Shown: piece after piece, positions 1-8,790 of the stretch
Layout: each line of letters starts with the position of its first letter
How positions within the stretch are numbered: the first letter of the stretch is position 1
Assembly (NCBI GenBank): GCA_038245295.1
Contig: JBBRSP010000001.1
Location: 64,001-128,000 of the forward strand
Source: Candidatus Binatia bacterium
GTDB taxonomy: Bacteria; Desulfobacterota; Binatia; HRBIN30
Length of the DNA stretch: 64,000 bases
Direction: 5' to 3'
Translations under genes and position numbers: made by a program
The notes under the pieces: model-generated
Database searches by the model: none
The model's input: the letters and a program-made list of their open reading frames with translations, nothing else
Told to the model about the DNA's origin: nothing

Positions 1-927
1 TGTGCTGTGGCGCGGCTCGAAGACATCGCCCTCGACACCGGCGGAGATGACGCTGTCCGTTTGGAAGGTCACAGATCGATCCGCTTCCATAGACGTGCCG
101 CTGGCGATGTTCTCCTGAGTGACATCGCCGCTGCGATCGAGTGCTTCGCCGTAGGTCAGGGTGAGCGACGTTCCCGCCGGACCGAGATTCCGTAAGCGCA
201 CCCATCCATGACTATTCTGTCCGAAATCGACGACCCATCGACACGGCGACAACTCGCGGACCGTGACCGCGCGCAGCTCCTCGACACGCCGCACCGGCGG
301 CGCGAGCGATGCACACAGCTCACGATATCCATAGTCGGCGACGCGCACGGGGCTCCACGAGGAACGATCCGTTCCGGGCTCGGACCAGCCGGGAACACGC
401 CGCCGCAGATCCTGTACTTCGCCGGCGATGAGATCGGCGCGCCGGATGTGACTGACACACGACCGCCAGTTTGAGTCCGTCGCAACGCGGATCACCTTGC
501 CCGACTTCAGTGTGACGACAAGCTGCGCCAGGAAGGCCGTTGTCGAGCCGTAGTCGTTGACGCGGCGAGCGACGCTGTTCTGCCCACGCCACCAACCGTC
601 GCTGAGGATGGCCCCGAGCGCGTTGCGCCCTTCGACGACAAGCTCTGTAACGTCAAAGGTCTGCACCTGGATGCGCTTGCGATAGGAGGTAAACCCGGGA
701 GTAAGCTCGCAGTCGCCGACACGCTTGCCGTTGATGAATGCTTCGTACACACCGTGCGCGGTGGCGTGCAGGTATGCCGACTGGATCGCCGTCGATACGG
801 TGAACTCGCCGGCGAGATGATAGGCAGGGCGTTGGCGCTCGGGAACGTCGGTTGGTTCAATCGGCTCGATCCAAGAGCCGACCCACGAATCCGCATTGGG
901 TATGGACGGGACTGAAGCTGTGGTCAT
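1..927 (-). CDS. Alpha-L-rhamnosidase (GH78), N-terminal part; runs off the window start
   Basis: Hand translation of the minus strand from ATG 927 (GGGAG upstream), open to base 1: MTTASVPS...WIEP...LHATAHGVYEAFINGKRVGD..LTPGFTSYRKRIQVQTFDVT...VVDFGQNSHGWVRL...TYGEALD...FQTD...FEPRHST. These are GH78 N-terminal motifs. Absent from the ORF track because there is no stop in the window. Confidence 0.9.
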   Translation of the reverse strand, partial: MTTASVPSIPNADSWVGSWIEPIEPTDVPERQRPAYHLAGEFTVSTAIQSAYLHATAHGVYEAFINGKRVGDCELTPGFTSYRKRIQVQTFDVTELVVEGRNALGAILSDGWWRGQNSVARRVNDYGSTTAFLAQLVVTLKSGKVIRVATDSNWRSCVSHIRRADLIAGEVQDLRRRVPGWSEPGTDRSSWSPVRVADYGYRELCASLAPPVRRVEELRAVTVRELSPCRWVVDFGQNSHGWVRLRNLGPAGTSLTLTYGEALDRSGDVTQENIASGTSMEADRSVTFQTDSVISAGVEGDVFEPRHST

Positions 928-1133
928 CGTCGTTCTCCCTCAGGCTGGCGAATCACAAGAGCCGGGCCCTGGAGCGAAACGCCACTGTCCGATCAGGAGC
1001 ACGCCGCAAGCTTTCCCCTGCGCACACGGAGCGCAGCCTGACCGTTGATATTAGGTGCAAAGCCGTCCACGCCTGTGCGTGTACTCTCTGCCCAGCGCTT
1101 GCCGGTGACAGACACTCACACGCTCCCACGCGC

Positions 1134-1505
1134 TCAATTGATCGGTACGCCAAACTTGGCGTTCCCGGCGGGGTCATCAAGCTCGAAGAGCCCCCGCAGC
1201 CTGGTCTTACCGCCGGTGATCGTAATCCTGCACCTCGCCGGGATGCCCGGTCCAGGCCCGGCGCCGCAAGTCCCGTCAGCTGCCAGGCCGGGGCATGTAT
1301 TGGTCGCGGTGACGGTCCCAGCGTTGTTGATCAAGTCGACCGTCACACTGGTGATCGGCGAGGTGCTCACGTTGACGGCATTGCAGTACACCGACTCGGA
1401 TCCGAACGCGTAGATATACGACGAGTTCAACGTGCTCGCGATGGCAGACTGCGCCAAGCCAAATGCAACCGCCATGACCGCGATTATCTTTCCAATTTGT
1501 TTCAT
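1134..1505 (-). CDS. Small secreted hypothetical protein (123 aa, 4 Cys)
   Basis: GGAG then ATG 1505; Sec-type signal MKQIGKIIAVMAVAFGLAQSAIA; beta-rich mature region. Confidence 0.75.
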   Translation of the reverse strand: MKQIGKIIAVMAVAFGLAQSAIASTLNSSYIYAFGSESVYCNAVNVSTSPITSVTVDLINNAGTVTATNTCPGLAADGTCGAGPGPGIPARCRITITGGKTRLRGLFELDDPAGNAKFGVPIN

Positions 1506-1856
1506 CGAGATACTCCATCTGCGCCGGTCGGGGCGCGACTGCTTGGGCGGGCTGACCCGCATGGGTGCTGTCGCATGCAGAGGGTGGTGCAAGCCGTCGT
1601 GCTCCTGCAGGCGCGCTGAAGACGCTCAAATCCCGCAACCAAAACCGCCGCGAGTCTTAACACGGCCGCCGACCGGAGGCATAGGCGATTCGATGCCCGC
1701 CTGCGAACGACGACGTTCCCCTTACGGTTCACGGGAACCGATGATGCGCCACCAGTCTCGAAAGCCGAATCGTGAGTGCTATCGGGTGTTTCGCTCGAAG
1801 ACGGGCATGGGTATATTCCGGGCCGTTCGGACGAGTTGAGGAAGGGAGAGTCGACC

Positions 1857-2435
1857 ATGAGCAACAACGCATTCGAGTCACGCCGCATCGCCTTTGAGGA
1901 AGAATACTTCGAGAAGAAGGAAGCGGTGCTGGTCGATAAGTTAAAGGCGGTATTCCACAAGAAGATGGATAAAGAGGCGATTCGTCAAGCCACCGGCATC
2001 ACGGATGACGGGGTTCTCGACAACATGGTGGCCCTCAATCTCAGCGGCGAGATGATGTCTGCATTCAAGCTATTGCCGCTCATCGAGGTCGCCTGGGCTG
2101 ATGGTGACGTCGACGAACGGGAAGCGGTTGCCGTCCTGAAAGCAGCCGAGAAGCGCGGCGTGGCGCCCGGCAGCGCCGCGCACTCGATGCTCGAACGCTC
2201 CTTGCGCAACCGCCCGTCGCCGGATTCGCGCAAAGTCTGGTTTCTCTACGCCGACGAGCTCCGCAAGCTCCTCAATCCGAAGGAACTGGAGACCTTCCGC
2301 ACCGATTTGTTGGAGGTCGCACGCTGCATCGCCGCGACGAGTGGCGGCATCTTGAATCTCGCCTTCACCGTATCGCCGAACGAGAAGCGAGTGCTGGAAG
2401 CCGTTGAGCGTGCACTGACCCCGGGGGGAGCTTGA
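1857..2435 (+). CDS. Hypothetical protein with TerB-like helical domain
   Basis: AAGGGAGAG SD before ATG 1857; motif LPLIEVAWADGDVDERE; C-terminal VSPNEKRVLEAV. Confidence 0.7.
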   Translation: MSNNAFESRRIAFEEEYFEKKEAVLVDKLKAVFHKKMDKEAIRQATGITDDGVLDNMVALNLSGEMMSAFKLLPLIEVAWADGDVDEREAVAVLKAAEKRGVAPGSAAHSMLERSLRNRPSPDSRKVWFLYADELRKLLNPKELETFRTDLLEVARCIAATSGGILNLAFTVSPNEKRVLEAVERALTPGGA

Positions 2436-2445
2436 GACCGGATGG

Positions 2446-2504
2446 TAGCGTCTCGATTTGGGATCCACGCCCGCCAGCCGCCCACAGCTCAAACTGAGAC
2501 ACTA
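2446..2504. repeat. Imperfect 17-bp inverted repeat (REP/MITE-like remnant)
   Basis: TAGCGTCTCGATTTGGG (2446-2462) versus the reverse complement of 2488-2504, TAGTGTCTCAGTTTGAG: 13/17 matches. Confidence 0.45.
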
Positions 2505-2641
2505 ACGACCGGATCGCGTCTTTGAATCTGCGGACGAAACCTGGTAGCGCCCCGAGCAACGGCTGATCGGCGGCGTCCGGCCGCTGCTCTTGAGAATTTC
2601 ACGCTGGGCCGAAGGTTGCGTGGGTACAAAAGGGGTTGGCA

Positions 2642-3421
2642 ATGCACAAGGCGCGCGCCGTTCTGCTGGGATTGATCGTACTGGTGGCGGGGACGACGGC
2701 CGCCAACGCCCTCGTGGCGACATTGGCCGCGAGTAAGGACAATTCGATCTTCCAAGAGTTTCCAACCCGCAGTGACGGGGCAGGGCCGGAATTCTACGCG
2801 GGAAACACGGCAGTCGGAAACCAGCGGCGGGCTCTGATCGCCTTCAACACGGCAAGCATCCCGCCCGGTTCCATGATCCTCAGTGTCGACCTGGCCTTGA
2901 CCGTTACGGGCATCCCTCGTTCACCCGCCCCGGCCTCCGAAGTTGTCGAATTGCATCGCTTGCTAGCTGATTGGGGCGAGGCCGGTTCGAGCGGCGATGG
3001 CCAAGGCGACGCCGCCCAGACGGGTGATGCGACGTGGAATGACAGGTTCTTCATGACGGACACATGGGCGACTGCTGGTGGTGACTTCTCGCCGACGGCC
3101 AGCGGCCAGCAGACGATCGGCGGGACGGGCGTCTACCATTGGATTTCGACGCCCGGCATGCGGTCGGACGTCCAGGGATGGGTGAACAATCCGTCGAGCA
3201 ATTTCGGTTGGCTGCTCCTCGGCGACGAGTCGATAAACAAGACGGCGAGAGCCTTCGCGTCGCGGACGCCAGACGAGGCAGGGGATGAGCCCGTGTTGAC
3301 CATCACATTCGTTCCGCCCCCGGGTGCCCCGACGCTCAGCACGGGGGGGATAATCGGACTCGCCATTGCGTTGGCTTTCGTCGGCACGAACAGACTACGC
3401 CACCGGGCTGCGACCGTGTGA
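2642..3421 (+). CDS. Secreted DNRLRE-like domain protein with IPTL-CTERM-like C-terminal anchor
   Basis: Signal peptide; ASKDNSIF, RRALIAFN, DVQGWVNNPSSNFGWLL, FASR, PVLTITF motifs; tail APTLSTGGIIGLAIALAFVGTNRLRHR. Confidence 0.8.
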   Translation: MHKARAVLLGLIVLVAGTTAANALVATLAASKDNSIFQEFPTRSDGAGPEFYAGNTAVGNQRRALIAFNTASIPPGSMILSVDLALTVTGIPRSPAPASEVVELHRLLADWGEAGSSGDGQGDAAQTGDATWNDRFFMTDTWATAGGDFSPTASGQQTIGGTGVYHWISTPGMRSDVQGWVNNPSSNFGWLLLGDESINKTARAFASRTPDEAGDEPVLTITFVPPPGAPTLSTGGIIGLAIALAFVGTNRLRHRAATV

Positions 3422-3794
3422 CAGGCGCCGGCGCCGGGAAACAGGCCGCAGTATGCCGCGCCGAGGCGGGAATGGAGCGATAACGCAGGCCGCATAGAAG
3501 GTGCCCCGCTGCCAAACGCGCTAGGAAGCCCGTAGAGCCCCGATCGGCACCCAGGACGACCCTACCTAGCCACACAAACTCAACGTTTTTCGGCTTTTTC
3601 GCGAGAGGACCCTTGAAAAATAAGGGTTTTCTCTCCTGTCGACGCCTCCTCCGGTCCGAGCTCGGCGAAATCCCTGTTCCGCTCCCGGGGGACGACGTGT
3701 ACCTCCAAGGTTTATCAAGAATCACCAGACCTACCGTCTATGCATTCCGTAGGGTTGCGGACGTACAGGCGTTCCAACTAAGTTCCGGCGCCCA

Positions 3795-4520
3795 GTGTCC
3801 GTACTCATCAACTCACTCATCGCCACCTTCCTCATCAGCCTGATTTCCCTGGTGGCTCTCGTCTTCTGGAAGACGAAGTGGTCGGACAGTCTGGAGACGG
3901 CCTCGCTCAGCTTCGGCGCCGGGGTTCTCCTGGCGACGACCTTTTTGGAACTACTCCCCGAGGCCCTGGCGCGCGGCGGTAACGACGTGTTGTCGGCTTC
4001 GATGGCCGGCATGATCGGCTTCTTTGCGCTCGAAAGGGTGTTGCACGAGAACCATTCCGATGCGGCCATTCACGCCGGACCGTCGCGTTATCTCATTCTG
4101 ATCGGTGATGGTGTTCACAATTTCATCGACGGTGTGGTGATCGCCGCCAGCTTTGTCATCAGCCCAACGCTTGGCCTCACCACGACACTTGCCGTCGCGG
4201 CTCATGAGATCCCGCAAGAGTTCGCCGACTACGGCATCCTGGTGAGTGGTGGCTTCACGCGCCGCGTCGCGCTGCAGCTGAACTTCCTCTCCGGCCTTAC
4301 CGCCATTCTCGGCGCCATCGTCTGCCTGATGTTTCAGGAGACGATCGAGAAAAACCTGGGGTGGTTCATGGCCGCCACAGCCGGGATGTTTCTTTACATC
4401 GCCGCCTCCGACTTGATGCCCGAGCTGCAACATCCGCAACGCCGCGGCTCATGGCTGTCCGGGGCGCCTCTGCTGGTGGGTGTAGCGCTCATCGCGCTCC
4501 TGGAGTTTTTCGTACACTAG
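3795..4520 (+). CDS. ZIP family Zn/divalent metal transporter
   Basis: GDGVHNFIDG and AAHEIPQE signature motifs; about 8 TM helices. Confidence 0.93.
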   Translation: MSVLINSLIATFLISLISLVALVFWKTKWSDSLETASLSFGAGVLLATTFLELLPEALARGGNDVLSASMAGMIGFFALERVLHENHSDAAIHAGPSRYLILIGDGVHNFIDGVVIAASFVISPTLGLTTTLAVAAHEIPQEFADYGILVSGGFTRRVALQLNFLSGLTAILGAIVCLMFQETIEKNLGWFMAATAGMFLYIAASDLMPELQHPQRRGSWLSGAPLLVGVALIALLEFFVH

Positions 4521-4572
4521 GCTCGTCGCCAGAGCCGTTAAACGCAGCGCGTCGTACCGCCAACCTTCGGTC

Positions 4573-5601
4573 TTATGTACGCGTCGCTTCAACGATGCTG
4601 AGGGGCGATGTTGTTGGCAGGACTCGCTTCAGCGTCAGCCCCGCCTTGGCCATCACCTTCTGAAATTCCAGCTTGGTGCGCTCCTGGCCGCCGGGAACAA
4701 CCATCATGTTGATGTCGAGCAGTTTACCCCAGTCGGCTCCATTGCCCGGTGGAATGACGTGCTCGACAACCAATACGCGGCCGTCGCGTTTCATCCCTTC
4801 ACGGCAATTGCGCAAGATGCGAATTGCCTTCTCATCGTCCCAATCATGGATGATGTACTTCAGGACGTACAGGTCGGCCCCAGCCGGCACTTCGCGGAAG
4901 AAGTCGCCACCCACGGTGGCGCAGCGACCGCGAATCACCGGGTTGGTAATGAAGCCGCTGTGGGTTGCCGCCGACACAACGGCCGGCTGATCATACAGCA
5001 CGCCACGTAGGTTGCGATGTTGCGTCAGGATCTCGGAAACCAGGTGTCCGTGGGCGCCGCCAACGTCGACCATCGTCGAGAACTTGCTGAACGGATACGC
5101 CTGCGCGACGGCGGCATTCTCGGGGCCCGAAATGCTGGCCATCGAAGCCGAGAACTCGCGTTCCTTCTCGGGGTGCTGCTGCAGGTAGGCGAAGGCAGGC
5201 ATCTTGTGGACATGATCGAAGGGTAACTCGCCGGTACGGATCCCGTGTTCCAAGGCGCCCCAGGCGGCCCAGTTGTAGTTGTCGACGACCATCAGGGCGA
5301 AGGGCCGCAAGGAGCCCGGTTCATTGCGCTTCAACGTCTCGGCCAGCGGCGTCATGCGAAATTTGCCGTCGGGCGTCTCGGCGAAAATATCGACACTGGC
5401 GAGGGCTCGTAGCAGGCGTCGCACATACGGCGGATGCGCCCCCACCTTCTTGGCGATCGCCGCCGGCGCCATGGCGCCGCGGCCGAGCGCGTCGGCGATT
5501 CCCAAACGTGCGGCGACAAAGATCAGCTGCGAAACCCAATAGCCGGTGAGGAGGCCAAGCATCTGCTCGTTGGCAGATGGACGGCGGCGAGCGGTGGGCA
5601 T
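4573..5601 (-). CDS. SAM-dependent O-methyltransferase (COMT-type, with dimerisation domain)
   Basis: VDVGGAHG, GGDFF, LKYIIHDWDD, GGQERT motifs; start at MPTARR after a purine-rich SD-like sequence. Confidence 0.9.
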   Translation of the reverse strand: MPTARRRPSANEQMLGLLTGYWVSQLIFVAARLGIADALGRGAMAPAAIAKKVGAHPPYVRRLLRALASVDIFAETPDGKFRMTPLAETLKRNEPGSLRPFALMVVDNYNWAAWGALEHGIRTGELPFDHVHKMPAFAYLQQHPEKEREFSASMASISGPENAAVAQAYPFSKFSTMVDVGGAHGHLVSEILTQHRNLRGVLYDQPAVVSAATHSGFITNPVIRGRCATVGGDFFREVPAGADLYVLKYIIHDWDDEKAIRILRNCREGMKRDGRVLVVEHVIPPGNGADWGKLLDINMMVVPGGQERTKLEFQKVMAKAGLTLKRVLPTTSPLSIVEATRT

Positions 5602-5649
5602 GCGGTTTCTTCCTTCCTGGATCTGCAAAAAACACCAGACGGGGCAAAA

Positions 5650-6507
5650 TCAGTTGCGACGAATCGCCTTACTGAGCCACGCCATCGCAAGGCCGAGGCC
5701 AAGCAGTGTTGCCACAACTTGACCCGGCGGGAAATCTTCATAGTTCGCGAGGATGAAGCCGAGAGTCGACCCACCCAGCGCCACCAACGGGGCCACCCAG
5801 AACATGTGGCGCACTTCACGGCACAAATTCTTGGCAATCAACGCCGGCAACACCAAGCAGCCGAAGGTGAATAGCATGCCGGAAACATGCATGGACAGAC
5901 CCACGGACAGCCCTAGCCAGATGGCAATCCCGCGCTGCCACCGGCTCACCGGCACCCCCACCGCGCCTGCCATCTCAAGGTCCATCAACAAAAGAACAAT
6001 CGTCGGCAGAAAGCCTGCGAGCAACACCAGGGTCACGACGTTGAGCAGCAGGAACGCCGCAACGTCGGTGTTGGTGGCGCCGATGATCGTGCTCGACAGC
6101 AGCCGATGAACCTCCTCGAGACCGTGCGGGCTCTGGGACAGCAGCAGAATCGCCGCGCTGGCGGAGACCACGTAAACCCAGCCGGTGACCGCTTCGTGGG
6201 TTTCGGACGTGGCGTGGGTGCCGCTGCGCGAGGTGATCAGGGCGCCGAGGATGGCGAACAGTCCGCCGCACGACGCCAACAGCGCATCGCTGCCGCACCA
6301 TTCGCAGGCCATCGATTCGCCCCAACTCGCCAACCACATGCCCACGGCGATGCCGAGCATTGAAGCATGCGATACGGCGGCGCCGATGAAGATCTGGTCG
6401 CGCGCCACCACGGCGACGCCAACCAGGGACAGCAGCAGGGCGATGAGCCAGCCGGCGATGTAGGTGTCGTGGAACAGGGGCCACGAGCTCAGGAAGGCGC
6501 TGATCAA
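5650..6507 (-). CDS. Zn/Mn ABC transporter permease (ABC-3/ZnuB family)
   Basis: FIGAAVSHASMLGIAVG motif; multiple TM helices; 4-nt overlap with the ATPase gene. Confidence 0.85.
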   Translation of the reverse strand: MISAFLSSWPLFHDTYIAGWLIALLLSLVGVAVVARDQIFIGAAVSHASMLGIAVGMWLASWGESMACEWCGSDALLASCGGLFAILGALITSRSGTHATSETHEAVTGWVYVVSASAAILLLSQSPHGLEEVHRLLSSTIIGATNTDVAAFLLLNVVTLVLLAGFLPTIVLLLMDLEMAGAVGVPVSRWQRGIAIWLGLSVGLSMHVSGMLFTFGCLVLPALIAKNLCREVRHMFWVAPLVALGGSTLGFILANYEDFPPGQVVATLLGLGLAMAWLSKAIRRN

Positions 6508-7256
6508 TCGTGCCCCCCAACGGAGTGGATGTGGTCGATGTCCTGACCGTACACAGCCCGCAGATTTTCCGCGGTGAGTGTACTTGCGGTCGGGCCGGCG
6601 ACAACCTTGCCGCGGTGAAACAGCGCCACGTGCGTGGCGTATTGTCGTGCCATACCGAGATCGTGGGTCACCATGATCATGGCAATGCGGCGCTCCTGGC
6701 GCAGCTGCGCCAGCCCTTTGAGGAGTCGCGACTCGGACGACGGATCGAGCCCGGTTGTCGGTTCGTCGAGGATCAAAATATGTGGATCACGGATCAATGC
6801 TCGAGCAATCAACGCACGCTGGCGCTGCCCGCCCGAGAGAGCCCAGTAACTGCGGTCCTCCAGCCCGGCGAGATCGACCCACGCCAAGGCCGCCGCCAGG
6901 CGATCCTCACTCGAACCGGTTGAGATGCCGACCAGGCCGAGACCGACGAATTCGCGGATGGTCGTCGGCAAGGTGCGATTCAGCTCACAACGCTGCGGCA
7001 CAAAGCCGATTCGCTCCAGGCTTGCTTCGGTCGGGTGGCGCCATAACGTACCGCCGCGAATCGGCAGCAGTCCCAGAACGGTGCGCAGGAATGTCGTCTT
7101 GCCGGCGCCGTTCGACCCCAGGAGACACCAGAACTCGGCGCGACGAACCTCGAACGAGCAATCGGCGACGACGAGGTCGCGGCCGTAACCCAGTTGCAGG
7201 TGCGAGGCGCTCAGCAGCAACTCGGGATCGCTTCGCAGCGGGAGATCTTCGGGCAC
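6504..7256 (-). CDS. Zn/Mn ABC transporter ATP-binding protein (ZnuC family)
   Basis: GSNGAGKTT, IGFVPQ, LSGGQRQR, LDEPTTGLD, VTHD. Confidence 0.9.
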   Translation of the reverse strand: MPEDLPLRSDPELLLSASHLQLGYGRDLVVADCSFEVRRAEFWCLLGSNGAGKTTFLRTVLGLLPIRGGTLWRHPTEASLERIGFVPQRCELNRTLPTTIREFVGLGLVGISTGSSEDRLAAALAWVDLAGLEDRSYWALSGGQRQRALIARALIRDPHILILDEPTTGLDPSSESRLLKGLAQLRQERRIAMIMVTHDLGMARQYATHVALFHRGKVVAGPTASTLTAENLRAVYGQDIDHIHSVGGHD

Positions 7257-7386
7257 GCTGACAGCAGTAGCAGCCAGCCTTTAGGCAGAGCAACAAATGA
7301 TCGGCCGCCTTGCGCGCGTAGCGACCACGACCAACCGAGGGTTGATCGGCGGTGGTGAGGCATTGTTCAGCACGCCCTAAAGGAAT

Positions 7387-8418
7387 TCAGCCGCGCAACA
7401 GCACATCGGCAGTCCAGCGCATGGCGCGGACCAGTCGCTCGAAGAGCGGCACGCGGTGCACCCAATGGCGCAGGAAGCGCAAAATGCGGCGCTCGACGCG
7501 GAAGCGATCCCAGGGCTGGTTCTTGGCTACGGTAGTGCCGCCGCGTTGCGATGCTTCTTCTATTGGTCTGTACAGTGTGGCGCGCGGGAAGCCCCACGTC
7601 CCCAGATCGTCATCGTCCAGCTCGTCGAGAATGGCGCGAAGTCGAATCAAATTGTGCGGCGCGCTCACCAACTCGTCCGCCCACCGGTGCAGCGAATCGG
7701 TGACCGGCCGCGTCTGACGATTGACGGTGACAGGGTCGCCGAGTCCCTTGGTCTCGTGTTTCTGGGCGCCGTACTCGACGGTTCCGGCCTCGAACGCCAG
7801 GCCCAGGAAGTCGAAGACGCGGCGCATCTCCGTCTCGGGCTGCTGTACGAGCTCTTCGTACTGGACGCGGCAGATCGGCACCGCCTGTTGGCGTAGGAAT
7901 TGCGCCATGGCCGGCACATAGCGACCCAGTATGGGGTTGAATCGTTCCGCTGCCTCGAAGTCTCCGTCGAAGAATGAGTTGGCGTACGAGCAGAAAATCG
8001 CGCCCGGATGTCGCGTCAGCACGATGTAGCGTGCCTGCGGGTAAAGCTGGCTCAGGAAGGGGAGGATCAACGCGTTGGCCGGCGTCTTGTCGAGGAAGAA
8101 GCATTTGCCGCCGCCGCGCACGTCGAGCATTCGCCCATAGAGGGTATCGGCATAGGCCCGACATGCATCGAGGTAATCGGCTTTGCCACGCGGCAGATCA
8201 GCGACGAACTCGCGTACCGCCTGGGCCGCCTGCAAGTGATCAAATGGCGCCGCATCGACATTGTCGAAGTAACCGAGATGCGCCAACGGCCCCAGGAGAT
8301 GTGGTTCGGGACGACTGTAGATCTGCGAGTGTGAACCCAGCATTCGCATCAGCAACGTTGACCCGGAGCGCGGCGGACCGATCACGAAGATCAACTGCGC
8401 CTGCCGCAACTCACTCAT
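7387..8418 (-). CDS. PAPS-dependent sulfotransferase
   Basis: 5'-PSB loop GPPRSGSTLL; LDKTPAN; 3'-PB region LTRHPGAIFCS; VQYEELV. Confidence 0.88.
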   Translation of the reverse strand: MSELRQAQLIFVIGPPRSGSTLLMRMLGSHSQIYSRPEPHLLGPLAHLGYFDNVDAAPFDHLQAAQAVREFVADLPRGKADYLDACRAYADTLYGRMLDVRGGGKCFFLDKTPANALILPFLSQLYPQARYIVLTRHPGAIFCSYANSFFDGDFEAAERFNPILGRYVPAMAQFLRQQAVPICRVQYEELVQQPETEMRRVFDFLGLAFEAGTVEYGAQKHETKGLGDPVTVNRQTRPVTDSLHRWADELVSAPHNLIRLRAILDELDDDDLGTWGFPRATLYRPIEEASQRGGTTVAKNQPWDRFRVERRILRFLRHWVHRVPLFERLVRAMRWTADVLLRG

Positions 8419-8747
8419 TTCTTGCGCCTCGCCTCATCGATGTAGTCGGCGAGCAGGTTCTTCGAATGCTCAGCCTCGTGGCAGTAGACGCAAAGGTTCT
8501 CCCAGTTGCTGCCGTCGGGCGGGTTATAGTTGTGGTTGCCGTCGCGGTGATGCACGGTCAGCAGATGCAGCGTGTTGGCTTCGAATTCCCGGGCGCAGCG
8601 GGCGCAGATCCAGCCGTAGAGAGCCAGAGAGCGCTCGCGGTAACCGGCGGCGCGCTGTTGCGCCGCGTCGCGCGCTGCGCGGACGATGTCGGCACTGCTC
8701 CGGGGGGAGGTCGGCTGGCGGCGTTGTGCGGGACGAAAGCTACGCAT
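8415..8747 (-). CDS. yajD: YajD family HNH nuclease
   Basis: YRERSLALYGWICARCAREF, LTVHHRDGNHNYNPPDGSNWENLCVYCHEAEHS. Confidence 0.88.
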   Translation of the reverse strand: MRSFRPAQRRQPTSPRSSADIVRAARDAAQQRAAGYRERSLALYGWICARCAREFEANTLHLLTVHHRDGNHNYNPPDGSNWENLCVYCHEAEHSKNLLADYIDEARRKK

Positions 8748-8790
8748 GATCTGCCGCTATCTGACGCCTCATCCCGCCTCGCTTCAAGCC

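Noticed and set aside
7..896. Short ORFs 7-195, 208-474, 156-485, 320-595, 507-896
   Set aside because: Shadows of the GH78 frame (927 to <1)
8415..8747. HNH protein as a homing, phage or defence nuclease
   Set aside because: Matches the conserved chromosomal YajD family; no mobile or defence context
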